NCBI GenBank assembly: GCA_963798485.1
Contig: CAWCTR010000007.1
Coordinates: forward strand, 448,001 to 512,000
Source of the DNA: an uncultured delta proteobacterium
GTDB taxonomy: Bacteria > Desulfobacterota > Desulfomonilia > UBA1062
Direction of reading: 5' to 3'
Length of the DNA: 64,000 nucleotides
In this document: one piece after another, positions 40,531 through 52,854 of the stretch
Layout: every line of letters starts with the position of its first letter
Numbering within the stretch: the first letter of the stretch is position 1
The notes under the pieces: generated by a model
What the model was told of the DNA's origin: nothing
The model's input: only the letters and a program-made list of their open reading frames with translations
The model's database searches: none
Made by a program: the position numbers and the translations under genes

Positions 40531-41920
40531 ACGTTACCCCTAAGAAGGAGATGCTTAGAATGAGCAGGGCATACACTACACTTCGCCAGGGCCATGGGGT
40601 TTCAGCCGTTAACAGCAACTCCCGGTTGGATCTGTATAGTGGTAAATCTATTGCCAAGACAACAGCCATGTAAAAAAGCGTAATGAAAATGAGCGAAGCT
40701 GATGAATACCCGAGATGGGATATATTGAATAAGGAATATATATAGCTGTATGCAGTCCCGAAATCAGGCGCCCTGAAGAATATCCATGCAAAGGCTACGA
40801 TGTGAAAGGTAATGAAGACTGAGAGCAGGGACCTCATGGTGCCATGAACTTGCAGGGTGGTTGACCCTGGTTTTCTGAGGCTGTCCCTGAAATATCTGGA
40901 CAAAGCGAGGTATAACCCATGGATGCCCCCCCACGCCACAAACACCCATGAAGCGCCGTGCCAGAGACCGCAGAGGAGCATGGTGGCGAGAAGATTTATA
41001 TATGTTCGGACAGTGCCTTTCCGGCTGCCTCCAAGTGAAATGTAGAGATAATCCCTTAGCCAAGTTGACAGGGATATGTGCCATCTTGTCCAGAATTCCC
41101 TGATGTTTTTTGACAGATATGGCTGTTTGAAGTTTTCCATTATCTCTATGCCCAGAAGCTTGCTGGTGCCCCTGACAATATCGGTATAGCCTGAAAAGTC
41201 GGTATATATCTGAAGGGTATAGAGATACATCCCGCAGAGAAGATCAATGCACATAAATTTTTGAGGAGAAGAAAAAAGCAGATTTACATGAGAGGCTACT
41301 GCATCTGCGATCACTTTCTTCTTGAAAAAACCCAGGAGAATCAGCTGTAGGCCAGCAAAGATCTGTTCTTTTCCCATAACCCTCTTCCTGTTAATCTGCG
41401 GGGTAAAGGTGTCGGCCCTCCCGATGGGTCCGGCAGATATTTCCGGAAAATAGCCAACAAATAAAGCAAATGATACGATATCTGCAGGTGCATATTCGCC
41501 TCTATAGACATCCATAAGATATCCAATGATCTTGAAGGTGAAAAAGCTGATTCCAAGGGGTAAGATGAGGTTCAATATCTGCACATGGGGAACAAATCCA
41601 AAGGACTGAAAAGCATCTATAAATGAGGTGACGAAGAAATTGTAGTATTTGAAAAATCCCAGAATACCCAGATTATACACTAAGCTGATGGTTAAAAGGG
41701 TTTTTCTTGTTGTCTGATCCTTTGCTGCGTGGATTTTCAAACCAAAGTAAAAGTTTAATAAAGTAGTAATAATTATAAGTGAGAGAAAACGATAGTCCCA
41801 GTAACTGTAGAACAGATAACTCGCAACAATAAGGAATATATTCTGCCATAATCTCGATAAGGAATAGTATATCGGGAGTGTTGCAAGCAGTAAAATTATG
41901 ACCCAATAATTGAAAAGCAT
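40499..41920 (-). CDS. MBOAT O-acyltransferase (AlgI/DltB/PatA-like)
   Basis: LPLGISFFTF, DFSGYTD, FWTRWHISLSTWLRDYLYI, GLWHGA. Confidence 0.95.
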   Translation of the reverse strand: MLFNYWVIILLLATLPIYYSLSRLWQNIFLIVASYLFYSYWDYRFLSLIIITTLLNFYFGLKIHAAKDQTTRKTLLTISLVYNLGILGFFKYYNFFVTSFIDAFQSFGFVPHVQILNLILPLGISFFTFKIIGYLMDVYRGEYAPADIVSFALFVGYFPEISAGPIGRADTFTPQINRKRVMGKEQIFAGLQLILLGFFKKKVIADAVASHVNLLFSSPQKFMCIDLLCGMYLYTLQIYTDFSGYTDIVRGTSKLLGIEIMENFKQPYLSKNIREFWTRWHISLSTWLRDYLYISLGGSRKGTVRTYINLLATMLLCGLWHGASWVFVAWGGIHGLYLALSRYFRDSLRKPGSTTLQVHGTMRSLLSVFITFHIVAFAWIFFRAPDFGTAYSYIYSLFNISHLGYSSASLIFITLFYMAVVLAIDLPLYRSNRELLLTAETPWPWRSVVYALLILSISFLGVTYVQPFIYFNF

Positions 41921-42163
41921 TATTAAATGACTATAATAAATTTAGGTGGTTTCTGGCAACTATAGAAATTATTACTCATAACCTAATTGATTCTGACTGA
42001 AGATAACTGCGGAGACTGTTGCCCATTATGTTTTCTAAATTGGTGTAGCCCCGGAATTTCAAGGCTCAACTTCCGCTACCTGAAAGATCTCGGATTTACC
42101 TGGTCATTATCGTTTTTATCTCATCTTGTCTTATTCTTCTCACTTTCATCTGCATATTTCTGC

Positions 42164-42863
42164 TCAGGCAAAACCATAATTCGCTATCTTCTCGATGTTA
42201 TGAACCATGCAGTACAGCCTTCTCCTTGAAGTAATCCGGACAATGTCCGATACTCACCATGTTCTCCCTGGCACCATCCAGCATCGGGGGTACGTGACCG
42301 TGATCCTGCCCATTCCCGAACGCCTCCGCCTCCATCAGAAATTCCTTTACCTTCTCCTCAAGCTTCATCTGCTTCCTCTTCAGGTCATCAACCGATCCGC
42401 TCCACTGCGTGGATGCGTTACCCGGAAGCTTGCACCCATCCAATGCAAAAAGCGTCCCCCCGAGCAGTTCCATCTCCTCGCAGATCAGCAGCACATCACG
42501 GAATAGAGGCAGGATATCCTCCTTCATGGAGACAACGAAGGTTGCTATCGTGCTACGGTCCGGATACTGGCCGCTGCTCAATGCCATGAACTCCACGTTC
42601 TCCCGGCAGGCTTGCTCGATCTTCCTCGATGATATCAGTCCCCGTGAATACCCCAGCAGCACTACCTTCAGCAGAATCCGGGGATCGTATGCGCGTCTCC
42701 CCATATCATCATTCCGGTACTTCCCATCGAACAGGCTCATATCCATCCGCTCGTCCACAAGCGTGCAGATCGCATATTCAAGGCTCCCGGGCATGACCTG
42801 TTCCTGCAGAGAAATAGGTATCAATAAGTTCTGTGCGAATTCGTTCGGCTTGTACCTTGCCAT
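42164..42863 (-). mobile_element. IS1182-family transposase relic with internal deletions
   Basis: MARYK, YDPRILLKVVL, SSRKIE, ALDGCKL; jumps to out-of-frame terminal LYCMVHNIEKIANYGFA*. Confidence 0.85.
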
Positions 42864-42918
42864 CAGTCCATCCTTTTCCCTGAAATCGGGGAGATGGATA
42901 GCTTGTCCTGCCCCTATC

Positions 42919-43197
42919 AAATCCCTCAGAGAACCCGTCCGTCAGGAGCTTTTAAAATACCTGATGCTGAACGGACGCTCCGATATCGGGACGATTGCAC
43001 AGCACCTTCCCCAGGATCGCTCGGTGATATCCCGGCATCTTCAGCTCATGCAGGAGGCCGGGATTCTGATTTGCGAGAAGGAAGGCAGGTTTGTGTATTA
43101 CTCCATTAACGGTCCTGAATTCCTTGCAAAGCTCGAATCCCTGGTCGACCAGGTGAGGGCATGCATCCCCATCTGCTGCCCGCCAGGTGTTGTATAA
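42919..43197 (+). pseudogene. ArsR/SmtB regulator lacking its N-terminus (abuts the IS)
   Basis: KSLREPVRQELL...RSVISRHLQLM...EGRFVYY...CIPICC. Confidence 0.75.
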
Positions 43198-43293
43198 CAA
43201 CAAGCTAAAAATCAGTTCCCTCTCCCTGTTGCATGGGAGATAAGGTATAGCATGAGCATAAGTGATGGAGTTAAATTACGATCAGGAGGGATA

Positions 43294-43545
43294 ATGAATT
43301 ACCAAAACATTCAAGCCCAGAAGACACCGGAAAAGATAGGGATCATTACCCTGAACCGTCCTGAGAGAAAGAACGCGCTCTCCATAAAACTCAGGCAGGA
43401 GATATCTGATTGCCTCAAGGACTGGGTCCATGCCACAGATGTAGCCGCTGTCATCTTCATCGGGGCAGGTGAGTGCTTCTCAGCAGGTTTTGATCTGAAG
43501 GAATTCAGCAAGTCTGAACTCATGGAGGAGGATCGAAAGCTCTGA
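43294..43545 (+). pseudogene. Truncated enoyl-CoA hydratase
   Basis: ITLNRPERKNALS, FSAGFDL, then stop at 83 aa. Confidence 0.8.
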
Positions 43546-43653
43546 GGCATACCGCCTTTTCATATGTTCATCCATATTCTCTTCAAGGAGCATATTGTCG
43601 AAGAGGCGGCATAAGCCCGGCTAATATGACCCCTGCGCGGGATATCCTCCGGG

Positions 43654-44640
43654 TCATCCTCCGGCCTCCTCCTCTTCGAGCTCAAAGCCCAGGTCGGCGA
43701 TCATTTGCAGAGCTTCGTCCTGCGACTGTCCGCCTTCCGTCAGATAACCGTTAACGAAAATAGAATTTGCCAGGAAGAGGGCCATGGGCTGCAGGCTGCG
43801 CAGATGAACCTCGCGGCCGCCTGCCACCCTGATGTCGGCTGCCGGATGGAGCAGGCGCGCCAGTGCCAGTATACGAAGGCAGCGCATAGGCGTGAGGCAG
43901 GGGTCCAGATTCTGGAAAGGCGTGCCCGTAACCGGGATGAGGAAATTGATGGGGATCGAACGGGGAGAGACCTGCTTCAGCGCCAGCAACATGTCAACGA
44001 TGTCTTCGTCGGTCTCACCCTGCCCGACAATACCGCCTGAGCAGAGCTCGATCCCTGCTTCCCTGCAGATCTCCAGGTTACGCATGCGGTCGGCCCAGGT
44101 GTGAGTCGTGCAGATCGAGGGATAGTGACGCTCGCTCGTGTTGATGTTGTGGTTGACGCGGTCCAGCCCCGCCTGTTTCAGCCTTACTGCCTGCCCGGAT
44201 GTCAGGAACCCGAGCGAGCAGCAGACCTGGATGCCGACATCTTCCTTGATCGCACGGATCACGCTGCACAGGGCATCCACCTCGCTGTCCGTAAGGGTGC
44301 GGCCGCTTAGGCCCATGCAGAACCGGCAGGCCTTGAGCCTCACAGCCTCTCCGGCCTCGGCGAGAAGGACATCACGGGCCTTGAGCGGGTAGTGTGCTAT
44401 ATCGGCCTGTGAAATACATGACTGCGAGCAGTAATGACAGTCCTCAGGGCATATGCCGCTCTTGGCATTACTCAGTACCTGGACCTGCACGCGCCTGCCG
44501 TGGAAATGGCTGCGCACCCGCCAGGCGGCTTCGATTAGGGCAAGGGAATCCTTGTCTGAAGCAGCCAGCACGGCAAGGGCCTGCGAGCGGCTCATTGTTT
44601 CCCCTTCTATGGCAGAGATGGACAGATATGCATATTCCAT
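43654..44640 (-). CDS. bioB: Biotin synthase
   Basis: KSGICPEDCHYCSQS, NHNINTS, CSGGIVG, PINFL, RVAGGRE, ANSIF..YLT. Confidence 0.93.
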   Translation of the reverse strand: MEYAYLSISAIEGETMSRSQALAVLAASDKDSLALIEAAWRVRSHFHGRRVQVQVLSNAKSGICPEDCHYCSQSCISQADIAHYPLKARDVLLAEAGEAVRLKACRFCMGLSGRTLTDSEVDALCSVIRAIKEDVGIQVCCSLGFLTSGQAVRLKQAGLDRVNHNINTSERHYPSICTTHTWADRMRNLEICREAGIELCSGGIVGQGETDEDIVDMLLALKQVSPRSIPINFLIPVTGTPFQNLDPCLTPMRCLRILALARLLHPAADIRVAGGREVHLRSLQPMALFLANSIFVNGYLTEGGQSQDEALQMIADLGFELEEEEAGG

Positions 44641-44649
44641 GGAAGGACC

Positions 44650-45261
44650 TTAACCTATCTGAGGACTGGAAAACAAGCCTTGTTCACGGCTCTTGAAAAG
44701 CCATGTGGACAGATAACGCTCTCCCGTGTCAGGGAGGATCACCACAATGAGCTTGTCCTAATTTGTATCGTCCCAGATCTCTTCGGCCGTGGTCCTGCGG
44801 TGGGTATCGGGGTTTGCAGGGTTTTCGAACTGCTGGAACATGACGGCATTGGGCACTGTCTGAACAAGCTCTTCCGCCTTCCTTATCGCGCCTTCCATTC
44901 CTTGATCATCAGGGGTCAGGATGTAATCGGCCCCGAAGATTTTCACGAGCTTCCGCCTTTCCATGCTCACGGTATCCGGCATGACCAGGATAAGGCGATA
45001 CCCGCGTGCGGCAGCGATAAAGGCCAGGGCTATGCCGGAATTGCCGCTCGTGGGCTCGATGAGGATTGAGTCTTTGTTCAGCAGCCCTTTCTTTTCTGCA
45101 TCGTCAATCAGGGCGAGGCCCGTACGGTCTTTGATACTGCTGAGCGGATTGAAAGATTCGAGCTTGGCAACAACCCCGGCCCGGCTACCCTTGGCAATGC
45201 GGGAGAGCCAGACCAGGGGCGTGTGCCCGATGGTCTTGGTGATATCCTCGTAGATATTCAT
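44650..45261 (-). pseudogene. cysK: Cysteine synthase with internal deletion
   Basis: MNIYEDI...SIKDR...EPTSGN...EEIWDDTN* directly followed by [21 protein letters not shown]; GTGGT region missing. Confidence 0.85.
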
Positions 45262-45347
45262 CTTGTTTTTCTGCTCAAGACGTGTAGCGCGGGAAACGTG
45301 ATATGGGGGCCATGGAAAATCGACCCCCATGGTTTCCTTCTCCAGCC

Positions 45348-46292
<945 letters not shown>

Positions 46293-46319
46293 TTTGCTGC
46301 GCGTCTGCAGGACTCTCCC

Positions 46320-46421
46320 CTACATGGGCACCCCCCATTCCCTTAAGCGGCACATACACATGCAGCAGCACATGTTCGCGTCTGCAGATGCAGTATGATG
46401 AGTAGGTCTTGCCAAAAGCAT
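46320..46421 (-). CDS. Cys/Met-rich leader peptide (33 aa)
   Basis: MLLARPTHHTASADANMCCCMCMCRLREWGVPM*; RBS GAGG upstream; immediately precedes terminator. Confidence 0.85.
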   Translation of the reverse strand: MLLARPTHHTASADANMCCCMCMCRLREWGVPM

Positions 46422-46454
46422 GTATCGCCTCGTTGATTTTAATAACTACTATTA

Positions 46455-46469
46455 CTATCTAAAAACTAG
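46455..46469 (-). promoter_or_regulatory. Candidate Rrf2 box 2
   Basis: CTATCTAAAAACTAG; TTGACA on minus strand at 46494-46489. Confidence 0.6.
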
Positions 46470-46635
46470 ATAAAAAAATACCAAAGGCTGTCAAGCATAA
46501 AAATGAAAAAATCTTTCAAGGGCCGGGGGCAGGTATCCTTTAAAGGCAAAGAGGTGGTTTATCTGTGAGGCAGCGAGATGGTGAAATACATCATGGCCGG
46601 GAATATTCTTGACAAGATTTCATGACCAATAATAC

Positions 46636-46650
46636 CTAGTAAATCGATAG
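46636..46650 (+). promoter_or_regulatory. Candidate Rrf2 box 3
   Basis: CTAGTAAATCGATAG; TTGACA at 46609. Confidence 0.7.
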
Positions 46651-46704
46651 TGAATAGAGTGATGTATGTACGCAGGCTTCAGCAATAACTAAGGAGGTTA
46701 CCAG

Positions 46705-47847
46705 ATGAAATTCGAGACACGTGCAATTCACGCAGGCCAGGGCCCTGACCAGGCCTATGGCGCTGTAATGCAGCCTATCTATCAGGTGTCCACGTTCGCA
46801 TACAAGGGCGTGAAGCAGATGGGACCCTTTGATTATTCCCGTTCCGGCAACCCCACACGTAAGGCCCTGGAGGACTGCATCGCATCGCTGGAAGGCGGCA
46901 CGTACGGCTTTGCCTTCGGAACCGGTATGGCGGCTGAGACCACGGCGTTGACACTGCTTTCCGCCGGGGACCATCTCATCGTCCATGACGACCTCTACGG
47001 CGGCACCTACCGCCTGTGCAGCAGCGTTGTTGCCCGGCAGGGCGTTGATGTTCAATTTGTGAACCTCAGGGACCTCGATGCCTTGAGATCGGCCATCAAG
47101 CCCAATACCAGGCTCATCTGGACCGAGACCCCCACGAACCCACTCATGAACATCCTGGACCTGGCCGCCATTGCAGAGATAGCCAAGGCAAAAGGTGTGC
47201 TCACCCTATGCGATAACACGTTCCTGTCTCCCTATTTCCAGAATCCGCTGGCCCTCGGGATAGACATGGTGCTGCACTCCACGACAAAGTACATCAACGG
47301 CCACTCGGATGTGGTGGGCGGGGCCATCGTGGTCGATGAACCCGAACTTGCCAAGCGGTTGGCCTTCCTTCAGAATGCCCTGGGCACCTGTCAGGCCCCC
47401 TTTGACTGCTTCCTTGTGCTCCGGGGGCTCAAGACCCTGGCCGTGCGGATGGAGGCCCACAACAGAAATGCATTAACGATCGCGCAGTGGCTCGAAAGAC
47501 ACCCGAAGATAGAAAGCGTCCTTCATCCGGGTCTTGAAAGCCATCCACAACGCGAGCTGGCATCAAGGCAAGCCCGCGGGTTCGGCGGTACGTTCTCTTT
47601 CAAGGTCAAGGGCGGTGAGGACGAGGCCTTCCGGCTTCTGGCAAACGTGAAGCTCTTTATCCTTGCAGAATCATTGGGTGGGGTGGAGTCGCTCATCGAG
47701 CACCCATGGACCATGACGCATATGTCCATGCCCGAGGATGCGCGCTCCGCTGCCGGCATCACCGGTAACCTGATCCGCATTTCTGTGGGCATCGAGCATG
47801 TGGATGATCTTATTGCCGACCTGGAGCAGGCATTTGAGAAAGTCTAA
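46705..47847 (+). CDS. Cystathionine gamma-synthase/lyase family PLP enzyme
   Basis: YSRSGNPTR, ETPTNP, DNTF, HSTTKYINGHSD, LAESLGGVES. Confidence 0.93.
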   Translation: MKFETRAIHAGQGPDQAYGAVMQPIYQVSTFAYKGVKQMGPFDYSRSGNPTRKALEDCIASLEGGTYGFAFGTGMAAETTALTLLSAGDHLIVHDDLYGGTYRLCSSVVARQGVDVQFVNLRDLDALRSAIKPNTRLIWTETPTNPLMNILDLAAIAEIAKAKGVLTLCDNTFLSPYFQNPLALGIDMVLHSTTKYINGHSDVVGGAIVVDEPELAKRLAFLQNALGTCQAPFDCFLVLRGLKTLAVRMEAHNRNALTIAQWLERHPKIESVLHPGLESHPQRELASRQARGFGGTFSFKVKGGEDEAFRLLANVKLFILAESLGGVESLIEHPWTMTHMSMPEDARSAAGITGNLIRISVGIEHVDDLIADLEQAFEKV

Positions 47848-47853
47848 TCGCGA

Positions 47854-48831
47854 TCAGATCTTTGGCAGCCCGGTATCGTCGTACAGTCCCTCGAAGAGCA
47901 CACCGCTCAAATACCGTTCACCGGAATCCGGGAGGATGGCGACAATGGTTTTCCCTTCGAATTCCTTGAGGCCGGCCAGCCTGAGGGCCACTGCAATGGC
48001 TGCACCGCAGCTGATGCCCGAAAGGATTCCTTCCTCTCGTGCCAGCCGCTTGGCATGGGCGATGGCCTCCTCACTGGTTACCTTCTCCACCCGGTCCACC
48101 ACTGACAGATCGAGGGTATCCGGGATGAACCCTGCCCCGATGCCCTGAATTTTGTGGGGCCCCGGCTTGATCTCCTGGCCTGCCAGGTGTTGGGAAATGA
48201 CCGGACTCTCTGTGGGTTCAACGGCCACGCTGATGATCTTCTTTTTCTTAACATTTTTGATATAGCGGGAAATGCCCGTGATCGTACCGCCGGTACCCAC
48301 GCCCGAGACGAGCACATCAATCTTACCGAGAGTCTGTTCCCAGATCTCAGGCCCTGTGGTCTTGAAATGGACATCCGGATTGGCAGGGTTCTTGAACTGC
48401 TGGGGCATGAAATATTTAGGGTCGGATGCCGCAATCCGCTCCGCCTCGGCAATGGCCCCCTTCATCCCGGCTGGGCCTGGAGTCAGGATGATGTTGGCGC
48501 CAAAGATTGAGAGGACCTTGCGGCGCTCGAGGGACATGGTCTCGGGCATGGTGACATGGAGTTTATATCCCCGTGCCGCAGCCACATAAGCCAGGGCGAT
48601 GCCCGTGTTTCCGCTCGTGGGCTCGATGATCTCCATGCCAGGCTTGAGTGAGCCGTCTTTCTCTGCTGCCCAGATCATGTTGGCGCCGATGCGGCATTTC
48701 ACCGAATAGGCAGGATTGCGTCCCTCTATCTTGGCTAAGATGGTGGCTTTAAGCCCTTTGGAAAGCCTGTTGATCTTAATTAGTGGTGAATTCCCGATTG
48801 ATAATGTGTTGTCGTCAAAAAATGTGCCCAT
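47854..48831 (-). CDS. cysK: Cysteine synthase A
   Basis: [41 protein letters not shown]. Confidence 0.96.
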   Translation of the reverse strand: MGTFFDDNTLSIGNSPLIKINRLSKGLKATILAKIEGRNPAYSVKCRIGANMIWAAEKDGSLKPGMEIIEPTSGNTGIALAYVAAARGYKLHVTMPETMSLERRKVLSIFGANIILTPGPAGMKGAIAEAERIAASDPKYFMPQQFKNPANPDVHFKTTGPEIWEQTLGKIDVLVSGVGTGGTITGISRYIKNVKKKKIISVAVEPTESPVISQHLAGQEIKPGPHKIQGIGAGFIPDTLDLSVVDRVEKVTSEEAIAHAKRLAREEGILSGISCGAAIAVALRLAGLKEFEGKTIVAILPDSGERYLSGVLFEGLYDDTGLPKI

Positions 48832-48919
48832 AAAGGCCTCCTTAGGAAAGCTGTCTATTATTGTTATCTTTTTTTAAAAACCCTTTTATAACCGTTGGTT
48901 ATTTTAATAACTAGTAACT

Positions 48920-48934
48920 CTATCGATAAGATAG
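48920..48934 (-). promoter_or_regulatory. Candidate Rrf2 box 4 overlapping cysK -10
   Basis: CTATCGATAAGATAG; minus-strand TTGACA-17-TACTAT (48959-48931). Confidence 0.75.
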
Positions 48935-49012
48935 TAAATAAAACACTGTAGCTTGTCAACTGAAAAATAAGAGTTAGATACACCCTTGACAAGGGGTGTA
49001 GACGATAATACA

Positions 49013-49027
49013 CTAGTTTATCGATAG
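49013..49027 (+). promoter_or_regulatory. Candidate Rrf2 box 5 overlapping rrf2 -10 (autoregulation)
   Basis: CTAGTTTATCGATAG; TTGACA-17-TACACT (48986-49014). Confidence 0.75.
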
Positions 49028-49052
49028 TAATTAAAGTAATTCGAGGGATCAT

Positions 49053-49493
49053 ATGAAACTATCTACTCGATCACGGTACGGGGTGCGGCTCATGCTCGAT
49101 CTGGCGCTGAACAGCACCAAAGGCTCGGTGTTTCTCAAGGATATCGCCAAGGAAGAGGAGATCTCGGAAAAATATTTGAGTCTTATCATCATCCCCTTGA
49201 AGGCTGCCGGTCTCGTCAACTCCATGCGCGGGGCCCACGGCGGATATACCCTTGCAAAGCCTGCATCGGACATCACGTTAAAGGAGATTGTGGATGTTCT
49301 CGAAGGGGAAACCTGTCTTGTGGACTGTGTAAAGAACCCTTCTGCATGCTCACGCTCCGATACCTGCGCAAGCAGAGATCTCTGGACCATCCTGAGCGAC
49401 AATATATCCCAGACACTCGGCTCCGTCACCCTGGATGACCTGGTCAGGAAGAGCAGGGAAAAGGGCCTGAGCGGCGCGATGTACCACATCTAG
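49053..49493 (+). CDS. Rrf2 family regulator (IscR/CymR-like, Cys-containing)
   Basis: MKLSTRSRYG, ISEKYL, RGAHGGYTLA, DCVKNPSACSRSDTC. Confidence 0.95.
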   Translation: MKLSTRSRYGVRLMLDLALNSTKGSVFLKDIAKEEEISEKYLSLIIIPLKAAGLVNSMRGAHGGYTLAKPASDITLKEIVDVLEGETCLVDCVKNPSACSRSDTCASRDLWTILSDNISQTLGSVTLDDLVRKSREKGLSGAMYHI

Positions 49494-49516
49494 GAAGGTG
49501 AACCAAAGGAGAAACA

Positions 49517-50425
49517 ATGGGAATCGTTGAGAAGATCATAAAGCTCAAGAGGGAAAGGAATGCAATTATTCTTGCCCATAACTACCAGCTTCCCGAGGTT
49601 CAGGACATTGCCGATTTCGTGGGTGACTCGCTTGGTTTAAGCATCCAGGCGGCAGGTACCGATGCCCAGGTGATCGTGTTTTGCGGGGTCCATTTCATGG
49701 CCGAGACCGCCAAGATCCTGTCCCCCCGGAAGACCGTTCTTATCCCGGACATCCATGCCGGATGCCCCATGGCGGACATGATCAATGCGGATCAATTGCG
49801 CGTGATGAAGGCCGAGCACCCGAACGCAACGGTATTGTGTTATGTGAACACCACTGCCGAGGTAAAGGCCGAGTGCGACCTGTGCTGCACATCCGCCAAT
49901 GCCGTGAGCATTGTCAAAGATGTCATGAAGGAAAATAAAGAAGTCATCTTTATCCCGGACAAGTACCTTGCGGATTATGTGTCCACCGAGACCGGGTACG
50001 ACCTTATTACCTGGAAGGGATACTGCCCCACGCACGCCAGGATCCTGCCTGAACACATTCTCTCGCAGAAAGACCTGCACCCTAATTCCGTTGTCCTGGC
50101 GCACCCCGAGTGCACCCCAGGGGTGAGGATGCTTGCCGACAAGGTCATGTCCACCGAGGGTATGTGCTGGTATGCAGGCGAGATGAAGGACAAGGAATTC
50201 ATTGTGGCGACCGAGGTGGGCATCCTTCACAGGATGCGCAGGGATAACCCTGATAAAACCTTCTACCCTGCCTCGGACATTGCGATCTGTCCGAACATGA
50301 AGCTCATTACCTTAGAAAAGGTGTTGTGGGCGCTTGAGGAGATGCATGACGAGATCACCTTGCCCCGTGAGACAATAGCCAAGGCGAAGAAGTGTATTCA
50401 GAGGATGCTTCTCTACAGGGTATAA
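49517..50425 (+). CDS. nadA: Quinolinate synthase
   Basis: LAHNYQ, FCGVHFMAE, GCPMAD, CPTH, HPEC, CPNMK. Confidence 0.97.
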   Translation: MGIVEKIIKLKRERNAIILAHNYQLPEVQDIADFVGDSLGLSIQAAGTDAQVIVFCGVHFMAETAKILSPRKTVLIPDIHAGCPMADMINADQLRVMKAEHPNATVLCYVNTTAEVKAECDLCCTSANAVSIVKDVMKENKEVIFIPDKYLADYVSTETGYDLITWKGYCPTHARILPEHILSQKDLHPNSVVLAHPECTPGVRMLADKVMSTEGMCWYAGEMKDKEFIVATEVGILHRMRRDNPDKTFYPASDIAICPNMKLITLEKVLWALEEMHDEITLPRETIAKAKKCIQRMLLYRV

Positions 50426-50461
50426 CATATGGATTCAAAGTAAAGAGAAAGGAGTGATAGC

Positions 50462-51742
50462 ATGAGTAAGATCGATCAGCATTTAAAGACGGAATCGCTG
50501 CTGCTCCACGGCGGCCAGGAGTCTGACCCCACCACCGGGTCGCGGGCTGTCCCCATATATCAGACCACCTCGTACCAGTTCAGGGATACGGACCATGCAG
50601 CCAACCTCTTCGGCCTGAAGGAATCCGGCAACATCTATACCCGCCTCATGAATCCCACCACCGATGTACTGGAAAGGCGCATGGCGCTCATCGATCACGG
50701 CATCGGTGCCCTGGCCGTGGCCAGCGGCCAGTCGGCAATTACCCTGGCCCTGCTGAACATCGCCCGGGCCGGAGATGAGATCGTGTCCATGGACAACCTC
50801 TACGGTGGCACCTACACCCTCTTCCATCACACCTTCAAGCGCATGGGCATCGAGGTGAAGTTCATCAAGTCCAATGACCTGGATGCACTGAAGAAAGCCA
50901 TTACGCCGAAGACCAAGGCCGTATACGCCGAATCCATAGGAAACCCCAAGCTCGATGTGGCCGATCTCGAAGGCATTGCCCGGATCGCCCATGACAACCG
51001 TATCCCCTTTGTTCTTGATAATACGGTATCCCCATACCTGCTGAAGCCCTTTGATCACGGGGTGGATATCACGGTGTACTCGGCCACCAAATTCATCGGC
51101 GGCCATGGGACCTCCATCGGCGGTATCATTGTTGATTCCGGCAAGTTCGACTGGGTCGGCGGGAAGTTCCCTTTGATCACTGATCCTGATCCCAGCTATC
51201 ACGGGCTTAACTTCTTTGACGCACTGGGAAGCCAGGCCTATATCATCAAGGTAAGGGTCACATTGCTCCGCGACCTTGGACCGGCACTGTCCCCCTTCAA
51301 CTCGTTCCTCTTCCTCCAGGGCCTGGAGACATTGCACCTGCGCATGCCCAGGCACTCGGAAAACGCCCTGGCAGTGGCAGAGTATCTGGAAAAACACCCG
51401 AAGGTGGCCTGGGTCAACTACCCAGGGCTCACATCAAGCCCGGAATATCCGAAGGTGAAGAAGTACCTCACCAAGGGTGCCGGCGCCATTATCGGCTTCG
51501 GCATCAAGGGCGGGGCCGAGGCGGGAAAGAGATTCATCAATTCACTTAGCCTTGTGTCGCACCTGGCGAACATCGGGGATGCAAAGACCCTTGCCATACA
51601 TCCGGCAACGACAACGCATCAGCAGCTCTCGGCAGCCGAACAGCTCGCCACCGGGGTAACGCCTGATTTCATCAGGCTCTCCATCGGCATCGAGCACGTG
51701 GATGACATCATTGCGGATATCACTCAGGCCCTGGGTGCATAG
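50462..51742 (+). CDS. metY: O-acetylhomoserine sulfhydrylase
   Basis: [34 protein letters not shown]. Confidence 0.94.
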   Translation: MSKIDQHLKTESLLLHGGQESDPTTGSRAVPIYQTTSYQFRDTDHAANLFGLKESGNIYTRLMNPTTDVLERRMALIDHGIGALAVASGQSAITLALLNIARAGDEIVSMDNLYGGTYTLFHHTFKRMGIEVKFIKSNDLDALKKAITPKTKAVYAESIGNPKLDVADLEGIARIAHDNRIPFVLDNTVSPYLLKPFDHGVDITVYSATKFIGGHGTSIGGIIVDSGKFDWVGGKFPLITDPDPSYHGLNFFDALGSQAYIIKVRVTLLRDLGPALSPFNSFLFLQGLETLHLRMPRHSENALAVAEYLEKHPKVAWVNYPGLTSSPEYPKVKKYLTKGAGAIIGFGIKGGAEAGKRFINSLSLVSHLANIGDAKTLAIHPATTTHQQLSAAEQLATGVTPDFIRLSIGIEHVDDIIADITQALGA

Positions 51743-51821
51743 TGCAGGAACGGATCTAGTCGTTATGGAAAAGAAGGGTGCCCACCCGTTCAGGGGTGCC
51801 ATGCATGAAAGGATAACGGCC

Positions 51822-52757
51822 ATGATCTATAACGATATTACCGAGACTGTGGGAAATACTCCCCTAGTACGGATAAATCGTATGGCTCGAGGCATCGATG
51901 CAACCATCCTGGCCAAGATCGAGTCCTTCAACCCGCTTTCCAGTGTGAAGGATCGGATCGGCGTGGCAATGATCGAGGCTGCCGAAAAGCAGGGGCTTCT
52001 GAACAAGGATACGGTTATCATCGAGCCCACCAGCGGTAATACCGGCATCGGCCTGGCATTTGTTGCAGCAGCCAAGGGGTACAGCCTGATCCTCACCATG
52101 CCCGAGACTATGAGCGTGGAGCGCAGACAGCTCCTCGAGATCCTTGGGGCAGAGATTATCCTCACCGAGGGGTCAAAAGGGATGGAAGGGGCAGTGGAAA
52201 AGGCCGAAGAGTTGGGGCGTGAGATAAAGAACAGCTTCATACCCCAGCAGTTCAGGAACAAGGCAAACCCGGAAATACATCGGAAGACCACAGCCGAGGA
52301 GATCTGGAAGGATACGGACGGGAAGGTGGATTACTTCATTACCGGGATCGGGACCGGTGGGACCATCACAGGGGTGGGCGAGGTCCTGAAGTCAAGAAAA
52401 CCATCGGTCAGGATCATCGGTATCGAGCCTGTTGATTCGCCGCTCCTTACTTCGGGTAGGTCGGGATCCCATAAGATACAGGGCATCGGGGCAGAGTTCG
52501 TGCCTGAGATATTGAACAGGGATGTCCTGGATGAGATCATCCTCGTAAGACATGAGGATGCAGGTAAGACAGCACGAAGCCTCGCCAGGCAGGAGGGGAT
52601 CCTGGTGGGAATATCGAGCGGCGCCGCCATGTGGGCCGCACTCGAGGTGGCAAAAAGAACCGATGCCAGGGGCAAGACTATTGTCGTCCTGCTGCCGGAC
52701 AGCGGGGAGCGGTACCTTTCAACGTGGCTGTTCCATACCGGCAAAGAGAATAAATGA
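51822..52757 (+). CDS. cysK: Cysteine synthase A
   Basis: [41 protein letters not shown]. Confidence 0.96.
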   Translation: MIYNDITETVGNTPLVRINRMARGIDATILAKIESFNPLSSVKDRIGVAMIEAAEKQGLLNKDTVIIEPTSGNTGIGLAFVAAAKGYSLILTMPETMSVERRQLLEILGAEIILTEGSKGMEGAVEKAEELGREIKNSFIPQQFRNKANPEIHRKTTAEEIWKDTDGKVDYFITGIGTGGTITGVGEVLKSRKPSVRIIGIEPVDSPLLTSGRSGSHKIQGIGAEFVPEILNRDVLDEIILVRHEDAGKTARSLARQEGILVGISSGAAMWAALEVAKRTDARGKTIVVLLPDSGERYLSTWLFHTGKENK

Positions 52758-52854
52758 CGTATTTACAAGCGGCTGAAAACAATAATCTTAACAGGGTCTT
52801 GACTGAGACCCTTAGTATCCACACAATAGAAAGAACACATAAAAGGAGTAGAGC

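Noticed and set aside
42409-42918. 262-aa ORF ending in an ArsR domain as a novel fusion
   Set aside because: The N-terminal part is the antisense of the IS1182 transposase relic
50483-51397. Long antisense ORFs (this one, 15367-16125, 27229-28023, 33335-34105 and others)
   Set aside because: Shadows of GC-rich codon usage opposite well-supported genes
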